A stretch of 64,000 nt of DNA. Origin: a bacterium. GTDB lineage: Bacteria; UBA8248. This document shows, piece after piece, positions 27,493 through 37,297 of the stretch; within the stretch, counting starts at the first letter, position 1; each line of letters opens with the position of its first letter. Under the pieces are notes generated by a model that was given only the letters and a program-made list of their open reading frames with translations, was not told the origin of the DNA and ran no database searches. A program made the translations under genes and the position numbers. The stretch is taken from positions 2,816,001 through 2,880,000 of the forward strand of contig OZ241326.1 in NCBI GenBank assembly GCA_965199855.1. Reading direction: 5' to 3'.

Positions 27493-28192
27493 TTTTCACC
27501 CCTCCCCTTGCGGCTTGCTTTCACCCGCGCCTTGGGCGAGAAAACGAGAGGTTTCCGCGCCGCCGCCGTCGCTTTTCGGGAGATTCTCTTTTCGATTCGA
27601 GGCAATCCTATCAAAAAAGAGGCTTGCGGCGAAGGCGGCATTTCGCGCGGAGCGCATCCGCGACATTCGCCGTTTCCCTGCTCGCGCCTCCCGCGCGCGT
27701 TCCCACAATTACGGGACGCATGAAACCGGGAGAAGACGAGCGCCGCCTCGCCCGGCGGATCTCATTTCTCCGCTCTCCGCCCCGCGTCCGGAAAACCGGC
27801 CTCCCGGCCCCGCAGGTGAAGCGCGAGAGCGCCTCCATTCATGCCTCTCGCCCGCGCCGCGAAAGCGATGGATGCGCTCGCGCCGATTTCGACAAAATCA
27901 GACAAATTCAAGGCCGATACAGACAAATACGCAGCTATTTCCCGTCCTTTTTCGACCCTTTTGAGACCCCTTTGAGCATTCCGCCCGCCCCCCGGTTCGC
28001 CCGCCTTCCCTCCCCCCGTGGGCGCACTCCCGCCGCGTCAGGAATATACTCCGGCCCGGCGCCGTCTCCGCCCCGCAGATGCGGGCAGTTGCGGGCAAAT
28101 GCGCGCGAGGCTCCTCCGTGGGGTGGTTCGAGGGCGAGATTCTCGGGGAATGCGCCCGTTTCCGGGCCCGGGCCGCCGCCCGGCGGGAGGGC

Positions 28193-28268
28193 GTAGGGGC
28201 GGTTCGGGAGCCGTCCGTTTCCGGATCGGCGGCCGAACGGCGAACGGGAGGCATGGATGCGCCCCTGC
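28193..28268. repeat. Degenerate GTAG-tagged REP pair (REPIN-like)
   Basis: gtaggggcggttcgggagccgtcc ... gcatggatgcgcccctgc; the outer ends are near-inverted (gtaggggcg / cgcccctgc). Confidence 0.45.
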
Positions 28269-28388
28269 AAACCCCATCCGTCAGGCGGCGGGACGCGAAT
28301 CGCGGCGCGGGGGGAGGCTTCGGCGCCCGCTTGCCCTCGCCCGCCTCCGGGCGGATAATGGGGCTTTCCCCCGCCCGGGCCGCTCCTT

Positions 28389-29267
28389 TTGCTTGATTCG
28401 GCGCATCCCAACCTGCTGGCGCTGCTCTCGGCACTGTTCATCTCCGTCGCCAGAACCCTCTACCGGGGCGCGCTCGCGAGCCTGAGCCCCCTGGCGACGA
28501 CGGCGGCGGCGACCATCATCACGACAATCCTCGCCTTCGGCCTCTACGCCCTGGACGAGGGGCTGGAACGCTGGCCGCTCCGGGGGATTCTGTGGTTCGC
28601 GCTCGTGGGCGCGATCGGCGGGCTGGGGGGGCGCTACGCGGGCATGATCTCCATCAAGCTCGTGGGGCTGGCGCGCACGCCCATCCTCACGCAGACCGGC
28701 CTCGTCTGGTCCTCGGGCCTGGCCGTCCTCCTGCTGGGCGAGCGGCTCACCCCGCTCGTGACGCTGGGAACGCTGGGCGTCATGGCGGGCGGCGTCCTGC
28801 TCCTCTACGACGGGAAAGCCGCCGCGCGGCGCATCCCGCGCGCCTACTACCTCATTCCGGTGGCGGGGGCGGCCTTCGCCAGCGTCTCGCACGTCATCCG
28901 CAAATACGGCTTCCTCCACATCCCCTCGGTGCCCTTGGGGATGGGCGTCTCGAACCTCACGACGCTGGCCCTGCTCATGGCGAGCGCCTTCTTTCTGCCG
29001 AGCCTCAAGAGCGGCCCCCTCACCCGCCGCGCCCTGACGATTACGGTTCTGGGCGCCGCGTGCAACTTCCTCGCCGCCTTCTTCTTCTGGGGAGCGATCA
29101 AGAACGGAGAGATCATCCAGGTCGTTCCCATCAACCGGCTCTCCGTCCTCATCGTCATCCTCCTCTCCTGGCTCTTCTTCAGGAAGCAGGAGAGGGTGAG
29201 CGCGCGGGTCGTCATCGGCGGCGTCTCCTCCGTCCTGGGGGCGTGGGCCATCGTCCGGGGCGAGTGA
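28389..29267 (+). CDS. DMT/EamA family transporter
   Basis: About ten hydrophobic segments in two repeats, with LLLGERLT and LFFRKQERV motifs. Confidence 0.85.
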   Translation: MLDSAHPNLLALLSALFISVARTLYRGALASLSPLATTAAATIITTILAFGLYALDEGLERWPLRGILWFALVGAIGGLGGRYAGMISIKLVGLARTPILTQTGLVWSSGLAVLLLGERLTPLVTLGTLGVMAGGVLLLYDGKAAARRIPRAYYLIPVAGAAFASVSHVIRKYGFLHIPSVPLGMGVSNLTTLALLMASAFFLPSLKSGPLTRRALTITVLGAACNFLAAFFFWGAIKNGEIIQVVPINRLSVLIVILLSWLFFRKQERVSARVVIGGVSSVLGAWAIVRGE

Positions 29268-29301
29268 TTCCGGGGAGGAGCGGCCGCCGCCTTCGGCGGG
29301 C

Positions 29302-30078
29302 TCAGGGCGCCTTGCGTCCCAGGATGGTCAGCCGCTTTCTGGTGATGGAGAGCTCCGCGCCCGCGCCGCGCTCCTCATACCAGCTTCCCCCCTCGTCGCG
29401 CAGCGCCTCGAAGGCGCGCCTGAGCGCGGGAACCGCCCCGGGCGGGGCGTGGGAGGCGTTCATCCATTCATCGAAGCGCGCGTCGAGCCTGTCGAAGGCG
29501 ACCTCCTCGACGCGGACGCCCTCTTCCTCGAAAAGCGCCTCCATCTCCTTTTGCGAGAGATGCCGGGTGATGGAGGGCTCACGCGCGCGATCCAGGCTTT
29601 CTATGCGCGCCCGCTCCGCCGCCTCGTCGGGATAGTGGTAGTCGATGAGGAAGAGATGCCCCCCCGGCCGCACCGAGCGCGCCATCTCCCGAAAAACGCC
29701 TCCGGGATTCTCCAGGTGATGGAGCGTGTGCCGGCAGACGGCGGCGTCGGCCGCCCCTTCCGCCAGAGGCGGGGCGCCCGCGTCGGCGAGGACGTATCGC
29801 GCGCGGGCGTGAACGCCCCATTCGCGCAGGCGCGCCCGCCCGCTCCGCACCATCGCCGGCGTGAGCTCCAGCCCCACGACGCGCCCCCCCGCCTTGAGGA
29901 AGGGCAGCGCGGAGGTGGCCGTGCCCATCCCGAAATCGACGAGCCGGCTGCCGGGCCCGAAGCCGATGCGGCGGGCCATCCCGTCCAGGCGCTCCTGCTC
30001 CTCGCCGCTGAAGTATCCGCCGTAGCCCTCGGCGCGCCTCGTGAAGGCTTCGACGCTGCGCCGGTTCGCGTCGTTCAT
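29302..30078 (-). CDS. Class I SAM-dependent methyltransferase
   Basis: Start re-set to MNDANRR. LVDFGMGT, VGLELTPAM, CRHTLHHL, VRPGG. Confidence 0.82.
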   Translation of the reverse strand: MNDANRRSVEAFTRRAEGYGGYFSGEEQERLDGMARRIGFGPGSRLVDFGMGTATSALPFLKAGGRVVGLELTPAMVRSGRARLREWGVHARARYVLADAGAPPLAEGAADAAVCRHTLHHLENPGGVFREMARSVRPGGHLFLIDYHYPDEAAERARIESLDRAREPSITRHLSQKEMEALFEEEGVRVEEVAFDRLDARFDEWMNASHAPPGAVPALRRAFEALRDEGGSWYEERGAGAELSITRKRLTILGRKAP

Positions 30079-30174
30079 GCGCTCCCCCGCCGCCGGCTTT
30101 CGCCCGATTTGCAAAAATGCGCGCGATGCCGCTAGAATGGGGAAAAGCCAACCTTCCGAAGAGGAGACCATATC

Positions 30175-30678
30175 ATGGGGGAAATACTCGACGCATTCGC
30201 CGCCGAGTGCCGCGGCATCCTCAGGCGCGACTCCGGCAAGGCGGGCCTCCAGCAGGTGAGCGACAGCCTCGAGAAAATCCTGGTGAACCGCGAATTCGTC
30301 CAGGAGCATCTGGGGCCGGACAACGAATCTCCGAGAACGCTTCTGTATGAGGACTCCGAGCTGGGATTCTGCATCTTCGCCCACGTTCACAAGAGCGGCA
30401 GCGGAAGCCCGCCCCACGACCACGGCGCCTCCTGGGCCATCTACGGCCAGGCGGTGGGCACCACCACGATGACGGACTACGAGCTCGTCGAAAGACCCGC
30501 CGGCGGCGCGCCGGGCAAGGTGCGCGCCGTGCGGAGCTACGACCTCGCCCCGGGCGTCTCGAAAGCCTACGACGTGGGCGAGTTCCACTCTCCAAAGCGA
30601 GAGGGCGAGACGCGCCTCATCCGCATCGAGGGAATCAACCTGGACACGATCACGCGCGACAAATACGAGGCCGTCTGA
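30175..30678 (+). CDS. Cysteine-dioxygenase-like cupin protein
   Basis: LLYEDSELGF, SPPHDHG.SWAIYG, EFHS. Confidence 0.7.
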   Translation: MGEILDAFAAECRGILRRDSGKAGLQQVSDSLEKILVNREFVQEHLGPDNESPRTLLYEDSELGFCIFAHVHKSGSGSPPHDHGASWAIYGQAVGTTTMTDYELVERPAGGAPGKVRAVRSYDLAPGVSKAYDVGEFHSPKREGETRLIRIEGINLDTITRDKYEAV

Positions 30679-30851
30679 GCCTGCCTCGACCGGGGGCGGC
30701 GGCTTTCAGGCCGTATGAGCCTGCCGCGCCCCCGTAGAGCAGGGGGCGGTCCGCGCTTTTTTTCATCGCGGCGCGCGAAGTCGGGCGCGCCGGCGCGAGC
30801 GAGGGAGGATTTACGCCATACGCGCGGCGGACGCCGTCCGCCGCGAGAACA

Positions 30852-30995
30852 GCCCGCAGGTGTTCGGGAATCCGGTGCGAATCCGGAGCTGCCCGGCAGC
30901 TGTAAGCGACGCGCCTCTCATGCGATCCACCGGGACGTTCCCGGGAAGGAATGGGAGGCGGCCATCGGCGCGAGCCAGAAGACCGGCCTGCGGGC
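30852..30995 (+). promoter_or_regulatory. Cobalamin riboswitch
   Basis: GGGAAtccGGTGcgAATCCggagCTGCCCggCAgCTGTaa ... CCACcggg..cccGGGAAGG ... GAGCCAGAAGACCgGCC. Closed by P1 gcccgcagg/cctgcgggc, and directly upstream of a TonB-dependent receptor. Confidence 0.92.
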
Positions 30996-31061
30996 ATCTT
31001 CCACGCCGGGCCCCGCCAAGGGGCCCATTTCGAGCGCTTGGGCCGCTCGGGGAGGCGAACC

Positions 31062-33110
31062 ATGAAGCAATACGCAGAAAACACCCGGACATTCCGCATC
31101 GCATCCGCGCGGAGCGCGCTCATCCTTTGGACGGCGCTCCTCGTCCTGCTCGGAGGGGCCGGGCGCATCGGCGCCCAGGACGCCGCGCCGGAGGAGGAGC
31201 TGCATCTCGACCCCATCACCGTGACGGCCACGCGGACGCCGGAGCGGCTCGGCGACGTGGCCGATTCGGTGGAGGTGTTCGCCCCGTCCAGAATCGAGAG
31301 CCTCCTGCCGGGCGACGCCGCCGAATTCCTCACCGAGGCGGCGGGCGTCTCCCTCCCCCGGACGAGCGGAAGGGGCGGGCAGACGAGCCTGTTCCTCAGG
31401 GGGAGCGAAAGCAACTTCACCAGCGTCCTGCTGGACGGCTTCAAGCTCACCTACCCCGGCGGGGGGGGGTATGACTTCTCGCATCTCTCGCCCGAGTGGA
31501 TCGGCTCCGCCGAGGTGCTCAAGGGCCCCCAAAGCCCGCTCTACGGCTCGGACGCGGCGGCGGGCGTGGTGAATTTCCTGCCCGACATCGGAAGGCCGGG
31601 AGAGGCGCCGACTTTCGCGGCGCGCTTCCGGGGCGGGAGCCATTCAACGTTCGAGGAGGTCTTCAAGCTCAAGGGCGGCGCGGAGAAAAGCGGATACGCG
31701 GCGACCCTGAGCCGCCTCGACACGGACGGCCACCTCCCCAACGACGGCTATTCGCGCTCCGTCGGAACGCTCGCCCTGGATTACTTCTTCTCGGACAAGG
31801 CGAAGGCGCGCCTCCTCTACCACGCCAACCGGAACGGATACGACGTCCCGGGGCCCGACCACAGAAACTACGCAGAGCCCAACACGTCCCTGAAGAACCT
31901 CGAGCAGCTCATCGGCGTCCGGGCGAGCGTCCGCCCCTCTCCATGGCTCGAATTCGTCCCGCGCGTCTCCATGTATCTGCGCGACACGCTCTTTGAGAAC
32001 AAGGCGGACGCGCTCAGCAGCGCCTTCTCGAAGCGGGACTCGAGCGAGACGAGACTGAGCCTGGACGGACAGGTCAACGTCCGGCTCTCCGGCGCGCGCC
32101 TGGGGTTCAGGAGCCTGCGCCGCTCCGTCTCCACGCTCGGCGTCGAATGGGAAGAGGAAAAAATCGCGGGGAAAAGCGCCTCCAACTTCGGGAGAAGCGA
32201 TTACGACCGCGCGAGGCGGGCCGTCTCCCTCTACGCGCACCAGCAGCTCCGGTTTCGGGCGGGCTTCACCCTCGCGGGCGGGGTTCGGGTGGACGATTTC
32301 GACGTCGGCGAGGACGCGGCGACCGGAAAAATATCCGCCTCCTGGCGAATCCCGCGCTCCGGAACCCGCATTCGGGGTGCTCTGGGCGAAGGGGTCAAGC
32401 GTCCCGCCTTCAGTGAATTGCTCGATGTGTATGGACCCGGCAACCCGAACCTCAGAAGCGAAAGGCAGAAAAGCCGGGAGGTCGGCTTCGATCAGTTTAT
32501 CGGAAGCAGAAGCCTCAAGTTCAGCGCGACTTACTACGAAAACGACATAGAGGACCTGATCGCCTATTCGTTCAGCGGGTTCCCCGGCGGCGCGAACTAC
32601 GAGAACGTCAGGAAAGCGCGGATCAAGGGAGCGGAATTCTCCCTCGCCCTCGTGAATTTTCACGACTTTTCGGCGTATGCGAGCCTCAACGCGATGAACG
32701 CGATCACGGTGGACGAAGGAGGCGTTGACGGCGCTCCGAATTTCGTAAAGGGAAAAGCGCTCCTGAGGCGGCCCGACTGGTGGTGGAGCGGCTCGATCAC
32801 CTACCACCCGCACCGATGGAAGGCCGCGCTGCGGGTGAACTCGGTGAGCGATCGGCGCGACATCGACGACTCCGCGCCCTGGCCCTATCCCCGGACGCGC
32901 AACCCGGGATTCACGAGGGTGGACGCGGCGCTCTCTCTCGACCTCGTGAAGGATCGGATTTCCTTGCTCGACGGGACGAGAAGCGCGAGGATCCGGGACT
33001 TCACGCTCGAACTGAAGGTGAACAACCTCCTCGATGAGGACTACGAGGAGGTTCTCAACTTCAGCGCGCCCGGCGCGCAGTGGTTCGCGGGCTTCCGGCT
33101 GGCTTTCTGA
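31062..33110 (+). CDS. btuB: TonB-dependent receptor, probable cobalamin transporter
   Basis: Signal peptide, ITVTATR TonB box, LFLRG, EVLKGPQSPLYGSDA.AGVVN, GNPNL.SE, C-terminal F; downstream of the riboswitch. Confidence 0.85.
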   Translation: MKQYAENTRTFRIASARSALILWTALLVLLGGAGRIGAQDAAPEEELHLDPITVTATRTPERLGDVADSVEVFAPSRIESLLPGDAAEFLTEAAGVSLPRTSGRGGQTSLFLRGSESNFTSVLLDGFKLTYPGGGGYDFSHLSPEWIGSAEVLKGPQSPLYGSDAAAGVVNFLPDIGRPGEAPTFAARFRGGSHSTFEEVFKLKGGAEKSGYAATLSRLDTDGHLPNDGYSRSVGTLALDYFFSDKAKARLLYHANRNGYDVPGPDHRNYAEPNTSLKNLEQLIGVRASVRPSPWLEFVPRVSMYLRDTLFENKADALSSAFSKRDSSETRLSLDGQVNVRLSGARLGFRSLRRSVSTLGVEWEEEKIAGKSASNFGRSDYDRARRAVSLYAHQQLRFRAGFTLAGGVRVDDFDVGEDAATGKISASWRIPRSGTRIRGALGEGVKRPAFSELLDVYGPGNPNLRSERQKSREVGFDQFIGSRSLKFSATYYENDIEDLIAYSFSGFPGGANYENVRKARIKGAEFSLALVNFHDFSAYASLNAMNAITVDEGGVDGAPNFVKGKALLRRPDWWWSGSITYHPHRWKAALRVNSVSDRRDIDDSAPWPYPRTRNPGFTRVDAALSLDLVKDRISLLDGTRSARIRDFTLELKVNNLLDEDYEEVLNFSAPGAQWFAGFRLAF

Positions 33111-33125
33111 AGAGGCGGGGCGAGC

Positions 33126-33980
33126 ATGGGCGGAAAACGGAAAGTCCCGCATCCGGCGGCGGCGCTTCTGTTCCTCCTCTGCCTTCACGCGCCCGGCGAG
33201 CCCGCGCTCGCCGCCCGAAAGCCCGCGCGCCTCATCGCCATGACGCTCGCCTCCGCCGAGACGCTCGTGGATCTGGCGCCCAGGAGAAGAATCGTGGGTC
33301 TCCACAAACTGGCGGGAGACCCCGCCTATTCCAACGTGGCGGACAGGGTTCGGGGCGTCCCCCTGCTCGGAAGCGCGCCCGAGAGCGTCATCGCCCTGCG
33401 GCCGGACGTGGTGTTCGTCGCCTCCTACACGAGCGCCTCGTTCCTGAACCACCTGCGCGCCGCGAAGGTTCCGGTCTTCCGGTTTTCCGCTTTCGGGAGC
33501 GTGGAGGACATCTTTGCGAACGTCGAGAAGATGGGGCGGGTGATCGGAGAGGAGGCGAAGGCGCGAAGCCTCATCGCGCGCGCCCGCGAGCGCCTCCGCG
33601 CCATTCGCTCCCGCGTCCCGCGGAACGCGAAGCCCCCCCGCGTTCTCGCCCTGCTGGGAGGAGGCTGGACGCCGGGCGGCCGCACCTCGCAGGACGCGAT
33701 GATCCGCCTCGCGGGAGGCGAAAACGCGGCGGCCAAGGGCGGCGTCCGGGGAACCCGCCGGGTGTCGGCGGAGCAGGCGCTCGCCTGGAATCCCGACGTC
33801 CTCGTCGTGGGCGCGGACCCGAAGTCGGGCGCGAGCCTCAAGACCATGCTCCGCGAGAGCGCGATATACGCCCCCCTGCGGAACAGGAGGATCATCGAGA
33901 TTCCCTATCCCCGCTTCTCGAGCGCGTCCCACTACATCGTTCGCGGAATCGAGGATTTGGCGAAGGCGCTCCATCCATGA
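33126..33980 (+). CDS. Cobalamin/iron-chelate ABC substrate-binding protein (BtuF-like)
   Basis: ESVIALRPDVVF, AGGENAA, VSAEQALAWNPDV. Confidence 0.82.
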   Translation: MGGKRKVPHPAAALLFLLCLHAPGEPALAARKPARLIAMTLASAETLVDLAPRRRIVGLHKLAGDPAYSNVADRVRGVPLLGSAPESVIALRPDVVFVASYTSASFLNHLRAAKVPVFRFSAFGSVEDIFANVEKMGRVIGEEAKARSLIARARERLRAIRSRVPRNAKPPRVLALLGGGWTPGGRTSQDAMIRLAGGENAAAKGGVRGTRRVSAEQALAWNPDVLVVGADPKSGASLKTMLRESAIYAPLRNRRIIEIPYPRFSSASHYIVRGIEDLAKALHP

Positions 33981-35011
33981 AAAAGCGCGCCGTCCTCGCG
34001 GGGACAGCCGCCGCCGCCCTGCTGATCGCCGCGCTCGGCGTCCGGCTCGGGGCGGCGGACATCGGCTGGAGCAGGATTCTCGAAATCATCCTGGCGGAGA
34101 CGGGCCTCCTCTCCCCCGAGGGGATCGCCGCTCCCGCCCACGAGCGGGTCATCATCTGGCGCATCCGCGTCCCCCGGACGCTGACGGGCGCCCTCGTCGG
34201 GGCGTCGCTCGCCCTCTCGGGCGCCATGCTCCAGGGGCTTTTCAGAAACCCGATGGCCGGCCCCGGCGTCATCGGCGTGAGCGCGGGAGGCGCCCTGGGC
34301 GCGACCACGGCCATCGCCCTCGGCCTGGGGGCCGTCTCGATCTGGGCGATTCCCCTCCTGGCGTTCGCCGGCGCGCTCCTGGCCGTCCTCTGCGCCTCCG
34401 CGGCGGCGACCCACAAGGGCCATGCCCCTCTCGGCGCGCTCATTCTCTGCGGGATGGCGGTGAACGCCGTCGCCGGCGCGCTGACGACGCTCGTGCTGAG
34501 CTGGAGCGTGAGCGACTTCGAGATCGGCCGGCAGATTCTGTTCTGGCTCATGGGCGGCTTGACGAACCGCACCTGGGAGCACGCGCTCCTGGTCGCGCCC
34601 TTTTTCGCCGCCTCCGCGCTCGCCGCCATGCTCTTCTCGCGCGATCTCAACCTGATGATGTCGGGCGAGGAGTCGGCCATGGCCCTGGGCGTGGACGCGG
34701 CGCGGACGAAGGCGTGGATTCTCGTCATCGCGGCGGCGGCGGCGGGAGCCTCCGTCGCCGTCTCGGGCGTCATCGGCTTCGTGGGGCTGCTCGTTCCGCA
34801 CGTCGCGCGGATATGGACGGGGCCGGATCATCGCCGCCTCCTGCCCGCGAGCATGATCGCCGGCGCCCTGTTCGTGATGGGGATGGACCTCGCGGCGCGC
34901 GCCCTCTCGCCCATCGAGGAGATCCGCCTGGGGGTTCTCTCATCGAGTGTCGGCGGGCCGTTCTTCCTCTGGCTGATCATCCGGAACCGCCGCCGCGCGG
35001 AGGTCTTCTGA
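33977..35011 (+). CDS. FecCD/BtuC-family ABC permease
   Basis: IRVPRT, LQGLFRNPMAGP..IGVSAGG, GEESA.ALG, GVIGFVGLLVPH, GGPFFLWL. Confidence 0.92.
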   Translation: MKKRAVLAGTAAAALLIAALGVRLGAADIGWSRILEIILAETGLLSPEGIAAPAHERVIIWRIRVPRTLTGALVGASLALSGAMLQGLFRNPMAGPGVIGVSAGGALGATTAIALGLGAVSIWAIPLLAFAGALLAVLCASAAATHKGHAPLGALILCGMAVNAVAGALTTLVLSWSVSDFEIGRQILFWLMGGLTNRTWEHALLVAPFFAASALAAMLFSRDLNLMMSGEESAMALGVDAARTKAWILVIAAAAAGASVAVSGVIGFVGLLVPHVARIWTGPDHRRLLPASMIAGALFVMGMDLAARALSPIEEIRLGVLSSSVGGPFFLWLIIRNRRRAEVF

Positions 35012-35808
35012 TGCGGCTCGCCGCGGAGGGGGCGCGCGTGGAACTGGGCGGGCGCGCCGCGCTGAAGGGCGCCTCGGTCGATTTTCGCCCGGGCGCGCTC
35101 ACGGGCGTCATCGGCCCGAACGGCGCGGGGAAGACGACGCTCCTGCGCGCCCTGGCGGGCCTCCTGCCGCCGGCGGCGGGAAGCGTCCTGCTGGACGGCA
35201 GGCCCATCGGCTCCTTCGACAGGAGGGAGGCGGCGCGCCGGGTCGGCTATCTCGCCCAAAGCCAGGGGCCGACCTTCCCCTTTCGCGTGGACGAGGCGGT
35301 GCTGATGGGCCGCTATCCCCACCTGGGGAGGCTCGCGCCCGAGACCGCGGCGGATCGAGAGGCGGTGGAGGAGGCGCTCCGCCACGCGGACGCGGGCGCG
35401 CTCAGAAGCCGCCTCGTCAGCGAACTCTCGGGGGGGGAGCGCCAGCGCGTCCTGATCGCCAGAACCCTCGCGGCGCGAACGCCCATCCTCCTGCTGGATG
35501 AGCCCGTCGCGAACCTCGACGTCCGGCACTGCCTCGACATCCTCCGCATCCTGCGCGCGCAGGCGCGGGAGGGGCGCACCGTGGTGGTCTCGGCGCACGA
35601 CCTGAACCTCGCGCACCGCTTCTGCGACGATCTGCTCCTCCTCCACGAGGGGGAAATCCTCGCCCACGGGGAGGCGCGGAGCGTCCTGCGGCCGGAGCGC
35701 ATCGAACGGGCCTTTCAGGTGCGCGCGCGGGTTCTCGAAGCGGACGGGGAGCGGCATTTCGTCATGCGCGCGCCGGAGGATCGCCCGGCGGGGGAGGGAA
35801 CGGCGTGA
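35011..35808 (+). CDS. ABC ATPase (BtuD/FecE-like)
   Basis: GPNGAGKTT, LSGGERQRV, LLDEP, HDLNLA. Confidence 0.92.
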   Translation: MRLAAEGARVELGGRAALKGASVDFRPGALTGVIGPNGAGKTTLLRALAGLLPPAAGSVLLDGRPIGSFDRREAARRVGYLAQSQGPTFPFRVDEAVLMGRYPHLGRLAPETAADREAVEEALRHADAGALRSRLVSELSGGERQRVLIARTLAARTPILLLDEPVANLDVRHCLDILRILRAQAREGRTVVVSAHDLNLAHRFCDDLLLLHEGEILAHGEARSVLRPERIERAFQVRARVLEADGERHFVMRAPEDRPAGEGTA

Positions 35809-36251
35809 AAATCCTCTCCTGCCTCCTGCTCCTCGCCCTCGCCGCGCCCGCGCGGCCCGACGCCCAGGAGATCGAAGCCTCCATCGCCGCCCCGCCCGCG
35901 AAGGCGGCGCCCGGCCGCTCCCCCCCCCCCGGCGCGCCCCGCCTCACCTTCCGAAAAAGGCGGGTCGGCGCAGAGTCCGATCCGCGCCTTCGGGCGATAC
36001 TCGACCGCATCGGACGGGGCGGGCGCTACCCGCGCCTCGCGCGGCGCGCGGGCGCCGAGGGCGCGGCCACCGTGCGCTTCCGCATCCTGCCGAACGGGGA
36101 GCCGGGCGGCCTCGCCATCAAGCGGACCTCGGGCAACGCCCTGCTGGACGCCGCCGCCCTCGAAGCGGTGCGGCGCGCCGCCCCCCTGCCCTATCTCGAC
36201 AGGACGCTCGTGCTCACCATCCGCTACCGGCTCAGACGAGCGGCGCCCTGA
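35805..36251 (+). CDS. Short TonB C-terminal domain protein
   Basis: YPRLARRAGAEG..TVRF.I...G...TSGNALLDAAALEAV, with an N-terminal hydrophobic segment. Confidence 0.8.
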   Translation: MKILSCLLLLALAAPARPDAQEIEASIAAPPAKAAPGRSPPPGAPRLTFRKRRVGAESDPRLRAILDRIGRGGRYPRLARRAGAEGAATVRFRILPNGEPGGLAIKRTSGNALLDAAALEAVRRAAPLPYLDRTLVLTIRYRLRRAAP

Positions 36252-36365
36252 GCCTCCCCCGGCCCGCTCGGGGCGCGAGGGTCGAGAGGGTCGAGAAGAC
36301 GCCCGCCGTGGGCTATAATTCCCGATGATCCGTTCAGAGGAATTTCCCGGGAGGCGAGGCGCTCC

Positions 36366-36938
36366 GTGAAGCCCATCGCGCGATACCGAGAGGAAACCCA
36401 CCCGGACGGGAGCCTCCTCGCCGTCTGGGAGTTCGAGCCTAGACGAGAGCTCCTGGAGGCGCTCCTGCGAGACTTGTTCGAGAACCACTGGGAATCCATC
36501 GTTTTCGGCCCCTGCGTCCAGGGCGCCGTGTTCGAGTGCCGCTCCGAGTCCCCGCCCCGCCGGATCGCCTACCGGGACGGCTATCTCACCGTCGATTTCG
36601 GCGACTGGCACTTTCACCTCTGCATCGGCGAGCATCGGGGGGAGCCGGGGCATCCCTGCCCGCCCGCGCTGGCGCGGCGGCGCAGGTGCGCGCGCGGCAG
36701 GCTCCAGCGCGCCCTCATGAATCCCCCCGTTCCGGGCCACGCCCCCCTCGCCTATTCGCTCGTCCTGCTGAACGGGGACGGCGAGCAGATGACGACCATC
36801 CACCTGCCCAACCCCTTCTACGATGAGGCGTTCCGGGTTCTCGACGCCCCCGACTGGGGGAAGCTCACCCTCTGGAACCATATCCGGACGCGTCACCTGG
36901 GGCTGGAGGCGGACCCGGGGCCCTGCGCGGGAGTGTGA
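36366..36938 (+). CDS. Hypothetical protein downstream of the cobalamin uptake operon
   Basis: GTG start with a GGAGG-like RBS upstream. Globular composition: IVFGPCVQGAVFE, DGYLT, HFHLCIG, LNGDGEQ, LPNPF. Confidence 0.75.
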   Translation: MKPIARYREETHPDGSLLAVWEFEPRRELLEALLRDLFENHWESIVFGPCVQGAVFECRSESPPRRIAYRDGYLTVDFGDWHFHLCIGEHRGEPGHPCPPALARRRRCARGRLQRALMNPPVPGHAPLAYSLVLLNGDGEQMTTIHLPNPFYDEAFRVLDAPDWGKLTLWNHIRTRHLGLEADPGPCAGV

Positions 36939-36982
36939 GCGAGAGAAGAGCGGGGCGAAGGCGAGCCTGACGCGGGGATGCG

Positions 36983-37168
36983 CTACCCTGTTTTCTGCGC
37001 GGCGATGAAGCCTTCTACAATCCCCGCAAGTCTGCCCATGCGTTCGCTCAGCTGAATTTCGAGCCGCGTCATCCGCTCGCGGAGATCGGCTATATCCCGA
37101 TGAAGGCGGGCATGTGAAGCGACAACCGTCAAAACCACGACGATGAAGCCTGGCCATGTATTATCCAT
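36983..37168 (-). CDS. Small protein with N-terminal TM helix and coiled coil
   Basis: Start re-set to MDNTW after a GGAGAG RBS; FIVVVLTVVA then DIADLRERMTRLE...GRLAGIVEGF. Confidence 0.55.
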   Translation of the reverse strand: MDNTWPGFIVVVLTVVASHARLHRDIADLRERMTRLEIQLSERMGRLAGIVEGFIAAQKTG

Positions 37169-37297
37169 TTTTCTATCTCTCCAGGCATTTCCATCATGGA
37201 TCGCTTGAGGGATTGTCCCTCCCCCTTCTCCATTCTGCAATAACCCTGGCAATCATCACCCTACGAATCAACCCGGATTTTCGGGCGGCGCGGCCCC

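Noticed and set aside
30720-30765. GC hairpin followed by a T-run after the cupin gene
   Set aside because: The T-run is separated from the stem by several bases, so a terminator call is not well supported.
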